Part shown: piece by piece, positions 55,433 through 64,000 of the stretch | Layout of the letters: each line of letters opens with the position of its first letter | Position numbering within the stretch: the stretch's first letter is position 1 | Assembly: GCA_040755855.1 (NCBI GenBank) | Contig: JBFMAD010000007.1 | Location: 64,001 to 128,000, forward strand | DNA from: Planctomycetota bacterium | Lineage (GTDB): Bacteria; Planctomycetota; Brocadiia; JAADGH01 | Length of the DNA: 64,000 bases | Direction of reading: 5' to 3' | Translations under genes and position numbers: made by a program | Notes under the pieces: model-generated | Databases searched by the model: none | Told to the model about the DNA's origin: nothing | What the model saw: the letters and a program-made list of their open reading frames with translations, nothing else

Positions 55433-57127
55433 CTATTTCCTGTTCCGAGCGTCATCGAGCATTTCGCGCGCCTGCTCGATGGTAACCTTCGTGGAGCGAT
55501 CCCCCCGGATCATCTCGGCAATTTCCACGATGCGCAGTTCCTCTTCCAGTCTTTCTACCCTACATCGGGTCCTTTCGTCAACAACTTCTTTCGTCACCCG
55601 ATACTGCTGGTCCGCAAAACTTGCAATCTGGGGGAGGTGCGTCACACAAAACACCTGGTGCGAACGGGCGATGGCCCACAGCCGGTCCCCGATCGTCCGG
55701 CCGATCCGCCCGCCCACGTTCGCATCCACCTCGTCGAACACTAGGAGCGGCGTCCGGTCGGCCTTGGCCAGGTTGTGCTTCAACGCCAGCATAATCCGCG
55801 ACATCTCCCCGCCCGAGGCGATCTTTCGCAACGGTTTCAGGTACTCCCCCACATTGGGCGAGATCATAAACTCGACCGCGTCAAATCCGGTCGGGCCGGC
55901 CGCGTCCAGCGCCCTGCCTTGATCTCCCTCAGCCGCAGCGACCTGCGCCTCGAAACGCCCGTTGCGCATCCCCAGTCCCTTCAGTTCCTTTTCCACCTGC
56001 CGGCTCAACTTTTCGGCCGCTGCCTTTCGCTTTGCCGTGAGTTCCCTGCCAAGGCGGACCATGCCGGCGATGAACTCTTGCAGCCGCTCGTCGGCGAGAG
56101 CCAGCTCCTCGGTCTCGGCGGATAACTCCCGAAGCTCCCCCGCGATGGCGTCGCGCCGATGGAGGACCGCGGAAATGGAGTCGCCGTGCTTCAATTTCAA
56201 TTTCCGGATGAGGTCGAGCCGGGCCTCGATCCGGTCCAGGGCCGCCGGGTCGAACTCCGGGCGGTCGGCGCATGCGCGCAGGGCCAGGGCCAGGTCCTCC
56301 ATCTGGACCAGACACTGCTCGCAGGCCTCCTGGGCCGCTTTCAACTGCCGGTCGAGCTCCGCGATGTCCTCCAGCTCCCTGGCGACGCCCTTGAGCTTCT
56401 CGGCCAATGAGCCTTCGGACTCGTAGAGGACTTCGTACGCCGTCCGCGTCACCGACTCGATCCGCTCGGCGTTGACGAGGAGACGGCGCTCGGCTTCGAG
56501 CCGTGCTTCCTCGTCCGCCCCGAGGCCAGCCTCATCAATCTCCTCCAGCTCGTGCTGGAGGAGTTCCATCCGGCGGCGGCGCTCGTCGCGGCGGGCTGCC
56601 AGATCCTCCCGGCGGCGGCGCTGCTCGACGGCCTTTCGGTAGGCGACCTCGAAGTCCGTGCGCAGATCCTCGACCCCCGCAAACCGATCCAGCAGCAGCC
56701 GCTGCTCGGCAGGCTGAAGCAGGTTTTCGTGGTCCTGCTGGCCATGAATCTCGATAAGGCGGCGACCCACGTCGCGGAGCATGGCGACGGTCACCGGACG
56801 ACCGTTAAGGCGACACCGGCTCCGCCCCTCCACGTCCACCGTCCGGCTGATGACCATCTCATCCTCAACGTCCGTACCCAGGATGCCGCCGAGTTCCTCG
56901 CGAAGGGTTCCCCCCGGCAGATCAAAGACCCCATCCACCGACGCCTCTTTCGCTCCGGTGCGAACCTGCCCCGCCGAGGCGCGCCCCCCAAGCAGGAGCT
57001 GCAGCGCGCCGATGAGCAGCGACTTGCCCACACCAGTTTCCCCCGTCAGGACATTCAGTCCCGGGGAAAACTCGACCCGGGCCTCTTCGATCAGGGCGAA
57101 ATCTTTGACACAGATCTCGCGGAGCAT
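55433..57127 (-). CDS. recN: DNA repair protein RecN
   Basis: LTGETGVGKS, IHGQ, ASGGEMSR, VFDEVD, VTHLPQIA. Confidence 0.96.
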   Translation of the reverse strand: MLREICVKDFALIEEARVEFSPGLNVLTGETGVGKSLLIGALQLLLGGRASAGQVRTGAKEASVDGVFDLPGGTLREELGGILGTDVEDEMVISRTVDVEGRSRCRLNGRPVTVAMLRDVGRRLIEIHGQQDHENLLQPAEQRLLLDRFAGVEDLRTDFEVAYRKAVEQRRRREDLAARRDERRRRMELLQHELEEIDEAGLGADEEARLEAERRLLVNAERIESVTRTAYEVLYESEGSLAEKLKGVARELEDIAELDRQLKAAQEACEQCLVQMEDLALALRACADRPEFDPAALDRIEARLDLIRKLKLKHGDSISAVLHRRDAIAGELRELSAETEELALADERLQEFIAGMVRLGRELTAKRKAAAEKLSRQVEKELKGLGMRNGRFEAQVAAAEGDQGRALDAAGPTGFDAVEFMISPNVGEYLKPLRKIASGGEMSRIMLALKHNLAKADRTPLLVFDEVDANVGGRIGRTIGDRLWAIARSHQVFCVTHLPQIASFADQQYRVTKEVVDERTRCRVERLEEELRIVEIAEMIRGDRSTKVTIEQAREMLDDARNRK

Positions 57128-57152
57128 CGCTGTGGCAATCTCTCCTCAAAGA

Positions 57153-57476
57153 TTACTGCACGGCTGTGCCCGCAGGCACATCCTTGTCCGGGACGAGCAG
57201 GACGACTGCACCGTCGCCGGCGACGGCCGCCAGGATCATTCCGTTGCTCTCGACGCCTCGCAGCTTGGCGGGGGCAAGGTTATTCACCACTACGATTTTC
57301 TTTCCCACCAGTTCCTCGTTGCTGTAGTGGCCCCTGATGCCGGCGACGATCTGCTTCTGCTCGCCGCCGACGTCAATCTGCATCACCGTCAGCTTGTTGG
57401 CGTTCGGATGGTCCGCAGCGGATTTGATTTCCGCAACCCTGATCTCCAGTTTCTTGAATTCGTCAAACGTGACCAT
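57153..57476 (-). CDS. tRNA-binding OB-fold protein (Trbp111/CsaA/MetG C-terminal-like)
   Basis: TFDEFKKLEIRVAEI, HPNANKL, QIVAGI, NLAPAKLRGVESNGMILA. Confidence 0.9.
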   Translation of the reverse strand: MVTFDEFKKLEIRVAEIKSAADHPNANKLTVMQIDVGGEQKQIVAGIRGHYSNEELVGKKIVVVNNLAPAKLRGVESNGMILAAVAGDGAVVLLVPDKDVPAGTAVQ

Positions 57477-57526
57477 TTGTGTCGTTCTCCCAGCAAGATT
57501 CCCTTGGATGCTCTGCCGAAAACGCA

Positions 57527-57555
57527 ATTCTAACACGGTTGATTGCGGCTACCAA
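57527..57555 (-). promoter_or_regulatory. sigma70-type promoter for the tRNA-binding/recN operon
   Basis: TTGGTA, 17 bp, TAGAAT with extended TG. Confidence 0.45.
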
Positions 57556-58289
57556 GTAAAAAATCCGGCGTGTAGGAGGATGGTGTAGAGGATCTTTACG
57601 CCCGCGCCGATCGCGCCGCGCAGCGTGCCGCTGATCTTTGATTCGCCGATCCGGACGCGATACGAGACGGGGACCTCGCACGTCTTCAGGCCAAGGCGGG
57701 CCGCCTTGATCTGCATCTCGATCGTCCAGCCGTACCCTCGGTCGCGTATCTGCATCGCATCGAGCGCCGATCGCCGAACGGCCCGGAAGGGGCCGAGGTC
57801 CGTGTAAGTAACATGGAGCAAGACCCGCATAAGGAAGCAGGCAAGTTTATTCCCGAAGCGCGCCTGGACGGGCATGGATCCTCTCTCCCGGCGGCCCAGG
57901 GAGCGCGAGCCGATGACGAGATCGGCCCGCCCCTCGCGGATGGGATCGAGGAGGAGCGCCATCTCGTCGGGGTGGTCGCTGTAGTCCCCGTCGAGGAAGA
58001 CGACGATTTCCGTCTTCGGATCGAGCACGGCGATCCCTCGCAGACATGCGGCGCCGTAACCGCGCTCCGGCTCGCGGACCACCCGCGCCCCCGCGGCGCG
58101 GGCCATCTCGGGGGTTGCGTCGGTCGAGCCGTTGTCTACAACGATGATCTCGTCGGCCAGGTCTGCCGGGATGTCGGCGATGACCCGGCCGATGGCCCGT
58201 TCCTCATTCAGGGCAGGGATGATGACAGATACGCGCAGTGTGCTTGGTTGGGGTGACGGAGTAATGGAGTGTTGGGGTGATGGGTGCAC
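57549..58289 (-). CDS. glycosyltransferase family 2 (polyprenol-phosphate glycosyltransferase-like)
   Basis: VIIPALNEE, VVDNGSTD, GYGAAC, FLDGD, TDLGPFR, YGWTIEMQ. Start uncertain. Confidence 0.9.
   Translation of the reverse strand: MHPSPQHSITPSPQPSTLRVSVIIPALNEERAIGRVIADIPADLADEIIVVDNGSTDATPEMARAAGARVVREPERGYGAACLRGIAVLDPKTEIVVFLDGDYSDHPDEMALLLDPIREGRADLVIGSRSLGRRERGSMPVQARFGNKLACFLMRVLLHVTYTDLGPFRAVRRSALDAMQIRDRGYGWTIEMQIKAARLGLKTCEVPVSYRVRIGESKISGTLRGAIGAGVKILYTILLHAGFFTW
58249..58280. repeat. degenerate 8-bp tandem repeat (4 units)
   Basis: TGGGGTGA CGGAGTAA TGGAGTGT TGGGGTGA. Confidence 0.6.
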
Positions 58290-58311
58290 GAGTCAATCAA
58301 GCACAATAGGG

Positions 58312-58346
58312 AATCCTCCCGGAGGTTGGATGCCTCCGGAAGGATT
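58312..58346. repeat. REP-like long palindrome, copy 2
   Basis: AATCCTCCCGGAGG-ttggatg-CCTCCGGAAGGATT, related to 49776-49808. Confidence 0.65.
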
Positions 58347-58354
58347 GAGATCCA

Positions 58355-59335
58355 TCAGACCAATGACTCTATCTTGACCGGCTTGCCCGTCTCCATGGAC
58401 TTGTTCGCGGCCGTGGAGAGCTGCAGCGATCTTACGGCGTCGGCGTAGGGCGACTTGATCTGCGACGCATCGCCCGTCCTGACGGCGTCAATGAAGGCCT
58501 TGTCAATGGCAAGCTGATAGTTATTTTCCACCACGCTCTGCTCCGGCTCTGCGCCCTTGCGGTGGACGGTGGTTGACTTGCGCTCCTTGTATTCGATGAA
58601 GCAGTCCTTGCAGAAGATGTCCAGACCGCCGCGGTTGCCCACGCTCAGGAAGCAGGCCGAGAAGACAACGGCCACGAGGCCGCTCGCGAAACGCAGTGTG
58701 ACGGCCGAGGCGTCCTCGATGTCATAATTCTCCACGTCCGCCATCAGGCCCTTCGTGCCGCCGGCATAAACCTCCGCCACCTCGCCGAAGAGGTAACGGC
58801 ACATGTCGAAGATGTGGGTCGTCTGCTCGACGGCCTGTCCGCCCGATTGGGCCTTCACGCGCCACCAAGCCACACCCGGCATCCCGCCCATCCAGTAGCC
58901 CATCACCATGCCCGGCTTGCGCTCGCGGAGGAGGCCCTGGAGTTTTTCGATGATGTCGAGGTAGCGGTCCTGGTAGCCGGTGGCCGTGATGAGGCCGGCG
59001 TCTTTGATCTTCTTGGCGAGCGCCGCCGCCTTACGCGCGTCCACATGGACGGGCTTCTCGACGAACATGTGGAGGCCCTTCTTGATGACCGCATCCTCGA
59101 TCTTGCCGTGGGCGAAGGGGGGCAGGCAGACGTAAACCGCGTTGAGGTCTTCCTTCCTGAGCATCTTGCGGTAGTCGGTGTATGCCTTCGCGTTATGCTC
59201 CTGCGCCGCCTGCTGAACCTTCTCCTCCACCACATCGCACAGGGCGACGATTTCCACATCGGGAAGCTGGGTAAGGTTGCGCCTGTGCATCTTGGAAATG
59301 CCGCCTGTGCCGATGAAACCAACCCGAACCGCCAT
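58355..59335 (-). CDS. Gfo/Idh/MocA family oxidoreductase
   Basis: GFIGTGGI, CLPPFAH, FVEKP, GGQAVEQTTHIFD. Confidence 0.92.
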   Translation of the reverse strand: MAVRVGFIGTGGISKMHRRNLTQLPDVEIVALCDVVEEKVQQAAQEHNAKAYTDYRKMLRKEDLNAVYVCLPPFAHGKIEDAVIKKGLHMFVEKPVHVDARKAAALAKKIKDAGLITATGYQDRYLDIIEKLQGLLRERKPGMVMGYWMGGMPGVAWWRVKAQSGGQAVEQTTHIFDMCRYLFGEVAEVYAGGTKGLMADVENYDIEDASAVTLRFASGLVAVVFSACFLSVGNRGGLDIFCKDCFIEYKERKSTTVHRKGAEPEQSVVENNYQLAIDKAFIDAVRTGDASQIKSPYADAVRSLQLSTAANKSMETGKPVKIESLV

Positions 59336-59361
59336 ACGATTTCCTCCTCATAAGAATAATG

Positions 59362-59389
59362 AAAAACTCCCGCCCTTGGGAACGGGAGT
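59362..59389 (-). terminator. intrinsic terminator after the sigma/anti-sigma pair
   Basis: Minus strand ACTCCCG-10 nt-CGGGAGT followed by TTTT. Confidence 0.55.
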
Positions 59390-59473
59390 GCACTACTACA
59401 ATCCAAACCGAGCGGGCAAGTCAAGGAAAAAATTGGGTGGGATATGCAGCAGGACCCGGGGTTCACCAATACC

Positions 59474-60994
59474 CTATTCGGCCTGCTGGAAGAGGATCGT
59501 GAGGTGAATCGTTCCAGGTCTTGGAGCGGCCTGTTCGAGTTCCTGAGCAAATCGCGGCTGATTCATTAGCCCGGCGTCGCCCCGCTCGTCCCATTGGGGC
59601 ATGACAACGAGGTTAAGCCGCTTCAGGTCACCCAGAAAGGCACGAAATTGGTTCGCAGCGATGCGGGTCTGGAGTCGAGAGACGCCCTCCTCCTGCTGCA
59701 TCGGGGCGTCGAGCCGTCCGGCGACGACATCGCCCTCGGCCTTGGGGGGATACTTCGTCTGGAGGAGGGACTGCACGCGCTCCATGTCGGCCTGGGGGTT
59801 GCGCGAGCGGATGACAAGGGTCCGCAGTTCGGCCTCGGGGGCCGGTCCGTGCACTGCCTTTCCGGCGACCTCCCCCGCGACCTTCCCGACTTTCTGTTCC
59901 GCCGCAGCGGGGCGGGGAGGCTCGGCAGCGGGAGCAGTCTGGGCCTCGGCAGGGGCGGCCTTCAGCCGCATCCCCAGCTCGCGTTCTTCCTTTGCCTTTG
60001 CGACCACGGTTTCCGGACGAGGGGCCGCGGGAATCCCGATCTTCGTCTGGACTTCCGCCTCGGCCTTCGTCTCGGCGCCGCCGCGACGGAAAAGGCCTTC
60101 TTTCTCCATGCCCACATCCGCCCCCTTCTTCGCCTCAACCGTCGGCCTCGGCGCAGCTTGAAGGGCGGCATCCTTTCGCGCCTCTTCGTTTCGGCGGACC
60201 TCAGCCTTATCTCTGTCGGCGAGCGTCGCGATCTCCTTCTTCTCTTGGGACTTCTCACCGATAACAGGCATCTCCGGGGCCTTTGCAAGGGGCTGGGGGG
60301 CAGGGGCGAGTTCCGCAACCGGCTTGGCCGGCGCAACGATGACGTTCGACCCCGGCGTGGCGGGGAGGACGTTCTTCTCCGCAAGGGCTTGGCGGGTGGC
60401 TTTCGTGTCTTCCGGTTCGGCGGCGGGTCTGCGTCGTCCCGCCTTGTCGCGGTAGGCAAATCCGTCCGCCTCTCGATCCTCAGCAAGGCCCCTTGCCTTG
60501 AGTTCGGGTTCGGCCTCTTTCTTGGCTATTTTACCGAGGGACGATCTCTCGGCGGCCTTTTCTTCCGCCACTTCCGCCAGCTCCCGTTCCCTCGTTTCCT
60601 TCGTGGCAACGTCGGCTACGGAGGAGGGTTTCTCCGCCGGGGCCGCAGATTCCATAGGCGCCATAGGCGTTTGCTTCCGCATGAGGAAGGTAACGGACAC
60701 GACGAGGAGCACCGCCGCCGCGGCGAGGAGCGACCCCACCACGCGCGCCGACGGCCAGATGATCCTACCCCGGTCTTCCTCCGCCAGTGTCTGGGAGACG
60801 TTGTCGGCCAACGTCGCCGGCGCCGTCACCCTGGACAGCGAACCTACGAGCTTCACCGTCGCCTTCAGGGCGTCCAACTCGCGGCGGCAGTTGGCGCAGC
60901 CCGCCACGTGGAACTCAACGGCCTCGCGCTGTTCGACGTCGAGTTCGTCGTCAATGTATTCCGAGAGAAGGTCTATGGCTTCTTCGCACTTCAT
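59474..60994 (-). CDS. zinc-finger (zf-HC2) transmembrane anti-sigma factor with long low-complexity extracytoplasmic region
   Basis: MKCEEAIDLLSEYIDDEL...HVAGCANC, one TM helix, Ala/Glu/Lys/Pro-rich region, ATGA overlap with the sigma stop. Confidence 0.88.
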   Translation of the reverse strand: MKCEEAIDLLSEYIDDELDVEQREAVEFHVAGCANCRRELDALKATVKLVGSLSRVTAPATLADNVSQTLAEEDRGRIIWPSARVVGSLLAAAAVLLVVSVTFLMRKQTPMAPMESAAPAEKPSSVADVATKETRERELAEVAEEKAAERSSLGKIAKKEAEPELKARGLAEDREADGFAYRDKAGRRRPAAEPEDTKATRQALAEKNVLPATPGSNVIVAPAKPVAELAPAPQPLAKAPEMPVIGEKSQEKKEIATLADRDKAEVRRNEEARKDAALQAAPRPTVEAKKGADVGMEKEGLFRRGGAETKAEAEVQTKIGIPAAPRPETVVAKAKEERELGMRLKAAPAEAQTAPAAEPPRPAAAEQKVGKVAGEVAGKAVHGPAPEAELRTLVIRSRNPQADMERVQSLLQTKYPPKAEGDVVAGRLDAPMQQEEGVSRLQTRIAANQFRAFLGDLKRLNLVVMPQWDERGDAGLMNQPRFAQELEQAAPRPGTIHLTILFQQAE

Positions 60995-61620
60995 CCCGTC
61001 TCTCCTGCTTGCGCCGTCCGGGGTCCTTCGACGTCCATGAGCGGCTTCAACTTTTCCCGCAGTTCCAGCCGAGCCCGATGCAGCCGTGATTTCACTGTGC
61101 CCCGCGGGCAGCCGATGATCTCGGCGATTTCTTCGTAGCGATACCCCTCGATGTCCTTCAGGACTACCACCGCGCGGTAGTCGCCGTCGAGGGAGTCGAT
61201 GGCGTCTTGGATCAGTTGTTCGCGTTCTTTTTCGGCCATGATCTCTGATGGCTCCGCACTCGTGTCGGGTGGATCGTCGGAGCCGCGCCCATCGGGACCG
61301 GGGTTGCTCCGATCGATCGGCACCGTCCGTATCTTCCGCTTTGCCCCGGCCTTGCGGCGGTGATTGATGACCTCGTTGACGGCGATGCGATGCAGCCATG
61401 TGGACACGGCGGCCTGGCCGTGGAAGCCGCGCATGGCCCGGAAGGCGCGGATGAAGACCTCCTGGGCGATGTCGCTGGCGTCCTCGCGGTCGCCCACGCA
61501 CCGGTAAACCAGGTTGAAGATGCGGTCCTGGTGCCTGCGCATCAGTTCATCGTAGGCCGCGCGATCGCCGCGTTTGCAGCGTTCGACCAGTTCTGTGTCC
61601 TCAACAGGCTTCTCGCTCAA
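60991..61620 (-). CDS. ECF sigma-70 factor (SigW/RpoE-like)
   Basis: DIAQEVFIRAF, STWLHRIAVN, YEEIAEIIGCPRGTVKSRLHRAR. Confidence 0.93.
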   Translation of the reverse strand: MSEKPVEDTELVERCKRGDRAAYDELMRRHQDRIFNLVYRCVGDREDASDIAQEVFIRAFRAMRGFHGQAAVSTWLHRIAVNEVINHRRKAGAKRKIRTVPIDRSNPGPDGRGSDDPPDTSAEPSEIMAEKEREQLIQDAIDSLDGDYRAVVVLKDIEGYRYEEIAEIIGCPRGTVKSRLHRARLELREKLKPLMDVEGPRTAQAGETG

Positions 61621-61638
61621 TCTCCGCCCTGCACTTTC

Positions 61639-61666
61639 TTAGACGCAGGTTGTGCACAAAAGTTTC
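61639..61666 (-). promoter_or_regulatory. ECF-type autoregulatory promoter
   Basis: GAAACT, 16 bp, GTCTAA (preceded by C, giving CGTC) directly upstream of the ECF gene. Confidence 0.7.
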
Positions 61667-61696
61667 GATGAAGGGCCTTCTTTCCCCTGCCATATT

Positions 61697-62611
61697 CTAC
61701 GACAGTTCCAGCATCTTTTCGATGGCCCTGCGGGCCTTGTCGGCAATATCCGCAGGCACGTCAATCTCAAAGACCATGTCCTCCAGGGACCAAACGAGCT
61801 TCTGGAGCGTGGTGAGTTTCATGTTCGGGCAATCGGCGAACTCGGTCACGGGATAGAACTTCTTGCCCGGGTTCTCCTTCCGCAAGCGATGGAGAATACC
61901 CATCTCCGTGCCGATGATGAATTCCTTCGCGTCGCTCTGGCGGCAGAATTTCAGGATCCCGGACGTGCTGGCCACATGGTCGGCGACGGCGATAGTATCC
62001 TCCATGCACTCCGGGTGGACGACGACCAGCGCGTTCGGGTGGCGTTCTTTATGGATTTCGATCTCTTCCGGGATGATGCGCTCGTGGGTCGGGCAATAGC
62101 CGTCCCAGAGGATGACATTCTTCCGTCCGAGCTGCTCGGCGGCCCACCGGCCCAGATGTTTGTCGGGGACGAAGATGATCTCCCGGTCCGCCGGGATCGA
62201 GGCCATGATCTTGGCGGCGTTGGCGGACGTGCAGCAGATGTCGCTCTCGGCCTTGACGGCGGCGGTGCTGTTCACGTAGCAGATGACGGCGGCGCCGGGG
62301 TGTTCCTTTTTCTTCTCGACAAGCTCGCGGACGGTGACCATGTTGGCCATGGGACATCCCGCGTTCGGGTCGGGCATGAGGACGGTCTTGTGGGGATTGA
62401 TAAGCTTGGCGGTCTCGGCCATGAAGTGGACGCCGCAGAAGAGGATCACGTCGGCCTCGGTGCGAGCGGCCTCCTGGGACAGGCCGAGGCTGTCGCCGAC
62501 GAAATCGCCGATGTCCTGGATCTCCCCGCGCTGGTAGTTGTGGACGAGGATGACGGCGCTGCGCTGTCGCTTGAGTTCTTGAATTCTCTCGACGAGGTTC
62601 CCGTTGGTCAT
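61697..62611 (-). CDS. nadA: quinolinate synthase
   Basis: LVHNYQ, GDSLGL, FCGVHFMAE, AGCPMA, YVNS, CTSAN, CPTH, HPEC, STSG, CPNMK. Confidence 0.96.
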   Translation of the reverse strand: MTNGNLVERIQELKRQRSAVILVHNYQRGEIQDIGDFVGDSLGLSQEAARTEADVILFCGVHFMAETAKLINPHKTVLMPDPNAGCPMANMVTVRELVEKKKEHPGAAVICYVNSTAAVKAESDICCTSANAAKIMASIPADREIIFVPDKHLGRWAAEQLGRKNVILWDGYCPTHERIIPEEIEIHKERHPNALVVVHPECMEDTIAVADHVASTSGILKFCRQSDAKEFIIGTEMGILHRLRKENPGKKFYPVTEFADCPNMKLTTLQKLVWSLEDMVFEIDVPADIADKARRAIEKMLELS

Positions 62612-62650
62612 GCGCGGCTTCTCAGACGAAACATGGTTTCCGAAAATTTA

Positions 62651-62764
62651 ATAATAGTTCAAAGCGCTACCGGAGGCAAGGTAAAATTTACGGCAGGGGG
62701 TAACATGCCCCTCTGTGCCTGCATTGTTTGGGTTCTTGATTCTGGGTAGGAGTTTCCATAGGAT
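62651..62764. promoter_or_regulatory. divergent sigma70 promoters (nadA / downstream large gene)
   Basis: Minus strand: TTGCCT (62679-62674), 17 bp, TATTAT (62656-62651). Plus strand: TTGATT (62736-62741), 17 bp, TAGGAT (62759-62764). Confidence 0.55.
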
Positions 62765-62810
62765 TTGCGCTCGGTAAGAAACCAAGTTCCTCTCTGTCGA
62801 GGGTGCAAGC

Positions 62811-64000
62811 ATGCAGACATTCATGTACTGGTGGACCGTTGCCTGTGTTCTCTCGTTTATTTTATGCGTCTGCGATGAAGGAACGTGCCAGACGGAGACG
62901 ATCAGCCCGCTCACGCAACTGAAGAAGCACTACCCGGATACCGACCTCGTCCGCGACGGCGCGGCCCGGGCGGCCATCTACCATCCCTCATTGCCCGATT
63001 ACGAAACCGCGGCGAAGGAACTGTCTCAGAAGTTCCGTGAACGGTTCGGCTTCGAACTACCCGTCCGTCCCGACGATGCCAACCGCGCGTGGCGAAAGGA
63101 AACCGGCCACGTCATTGCGATGGGCAACGTGGGCAATAGTCTTCTGATCCGATGGTTGTACCTGCGGGAGTTCTTCGCGCCATCCTCGAACCGGCAGATT
63201 CGCACCGTGCACGACCCCTGGGGCGAAGGGCGCAATGCGGTGCTCCTGGCCGGGGTGGACCTGAGCGATGTCAAGGCGAACTTCACTCCCCTGTTGGACC
63301 GGCTTCAACGGCCGCAGCCGAACACGCTAATCCTCCCTCAAACGCTCGATCCGGCCCCAGCCGTTGGGGATGACATCAAGGCGCAGATTGACGAGCATCG
63401 CAGGGATCTCCCCAAAATGCCGCTCAATTACCCGGCCTATCATGCAGGGTGGGTATGCAAGCATTATCCACGCCTCGGATTCGACGGATTCATTCCGCTA
63501 TATCGTGAGTCCCTGCAACGCCTGGTCCAGACAAAATCCTACTGTCACCTTTATCTGTTCCGGGAGAGCAGGGGATGGGACGTGATCGAGGAGGCCCCTT
63601 CGCTGACCGACGAAGACCGGCTCATGATTACCAACTTTTTCCGCAACTCCGTAGCCTCCGAGAAGGAAGGGATTGGGTCGCTGCGTAAGCTCCTGAAGGG
63701 CAAGCGGCTCATCCAGGGCAACCACCAGTCGCAGACCGCCTGCGGCATTATGGTGGTGGCCGACTACCTTCGGAGATACTATCCCAGCGAATTGCACGAG
63801 CAGTGGTATAAGGACGCACTCGCCTTTTTTGAGCCGTACCGCGCCAAGGGGTGTTACCTCGGCGACGACGAGGGGATGCAAGCCGCATCCATTGACAACA
63901 TCATGAACGCGGTGTATTTGACGGATGACGATCCGGCAAGCCACCCGTTCCTTCAACGCACGCTCGATCGCCTGATGCCCAACTACAACAACTTTGGGAT
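62811..64000 (+). CDS. 3'-truncated large secreted protein, paralogue of 13564..17877 (absent from the ORF track because it has no stop)
   Basis: Manual translation: MQTFMYWWTVACVLSFILC...HYPDTDLVRDGAARAAI...VIAMGNVGN...IRTVHDPWGEGRNAVLLAG, apparently open to the window end. Confidence 0.8.
   Translation, partial: MQTFMYWWTVACVLSFILCVCDEGTCQTETISPLTQLKKHYPDTDLVRDGAARAAIYHPSLPDYETAAKELSQKFRERFGFELPVRPDDANRAWRKETGHVIAMGNVGNSLLIRWLYLREFFAPSSNRQIRTVHDPWGEGRNAVLLAGVDLSDVKANFTPLLDRLQRPQPNTLILPQTLDPAPAVGDDIKAQIDEHRRDLPKMPLNYPAYHAGWVCKHYPRLGFDGFIPLYRESLQRLVQTKSYCHLYLFRESRGWDVIEEAPSLTDEDRLMITNFFRNSVASEKEGIGSLRKLLKGKRLIQGNHQSQTACGIMVVADYLRRYYPSELHEQWYKDALAFFEPYRAKGCYLGDDEGMQAASIDNIMNAVYLTDDDPASHPFLQRTLDRLMPNYNNFG

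Noticed and set aside
60995..61501. extended N-terminus of the 675-aa ORF, and likewise thiC 51148-51345 and uxaE-like 28762-29085
   Set aside because: These are out-of-frame overlaps with upstream genes. The true starts are marked by SD sequences or ATGA coupling.
1..64000. CRISPR array, integron attC array or stop-codon recoding
   Set aside because: No regularly spaced repeat-spacer series, no repeated attC-like sites, and recognisable genes end at normal positions.

Overview
GC-rich bacterial DNA, most likely from a PVC-superphylum (Planctomycetota-like) anaerobe. This is inferred from a LEPR-type export motif, DUF4838, HzsA-like and PmoA-like proteins, an AOR and a short-type ThiC. Left part (about 1-47 kb): tRNA-Val(GAC) followed by a decayed tyrosine integrase and an IS1380 scar. 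Then comes a patchwork of large, mostly secreted glycan-active or unknown proteins (DUF4838, BNR/sialidase-like, LamG-CARDB, beta-helix, CocE, NPCBM-HzsA-like heme protein, CBM-PHP) separated by stubs of deleted genes. This part also holds a divergent aldehyde:ferredoxin oxidoreductase, a kinase-free sugar cluster (AKR, UxaE-like epimerase, SDR, atypical transaldolase, Gfo/Idh/MocA), and a 1.5-kaa acidic surface protein behind a structured leader with an intrinsic terminator. Right part (47-62.6 kb): minus-strand housekeeping genes (GNAT, MDR, thiC-like, pseudouridine synthase, manA, recN, tRNA-binding protein, GT2, ECF sigma/anti-sigma, nadA) with REP-like palindromes. No CRISPR array, rRNA or intact mobile element was seen. 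All family calls come from motif recognition by eye; no database searches were run.
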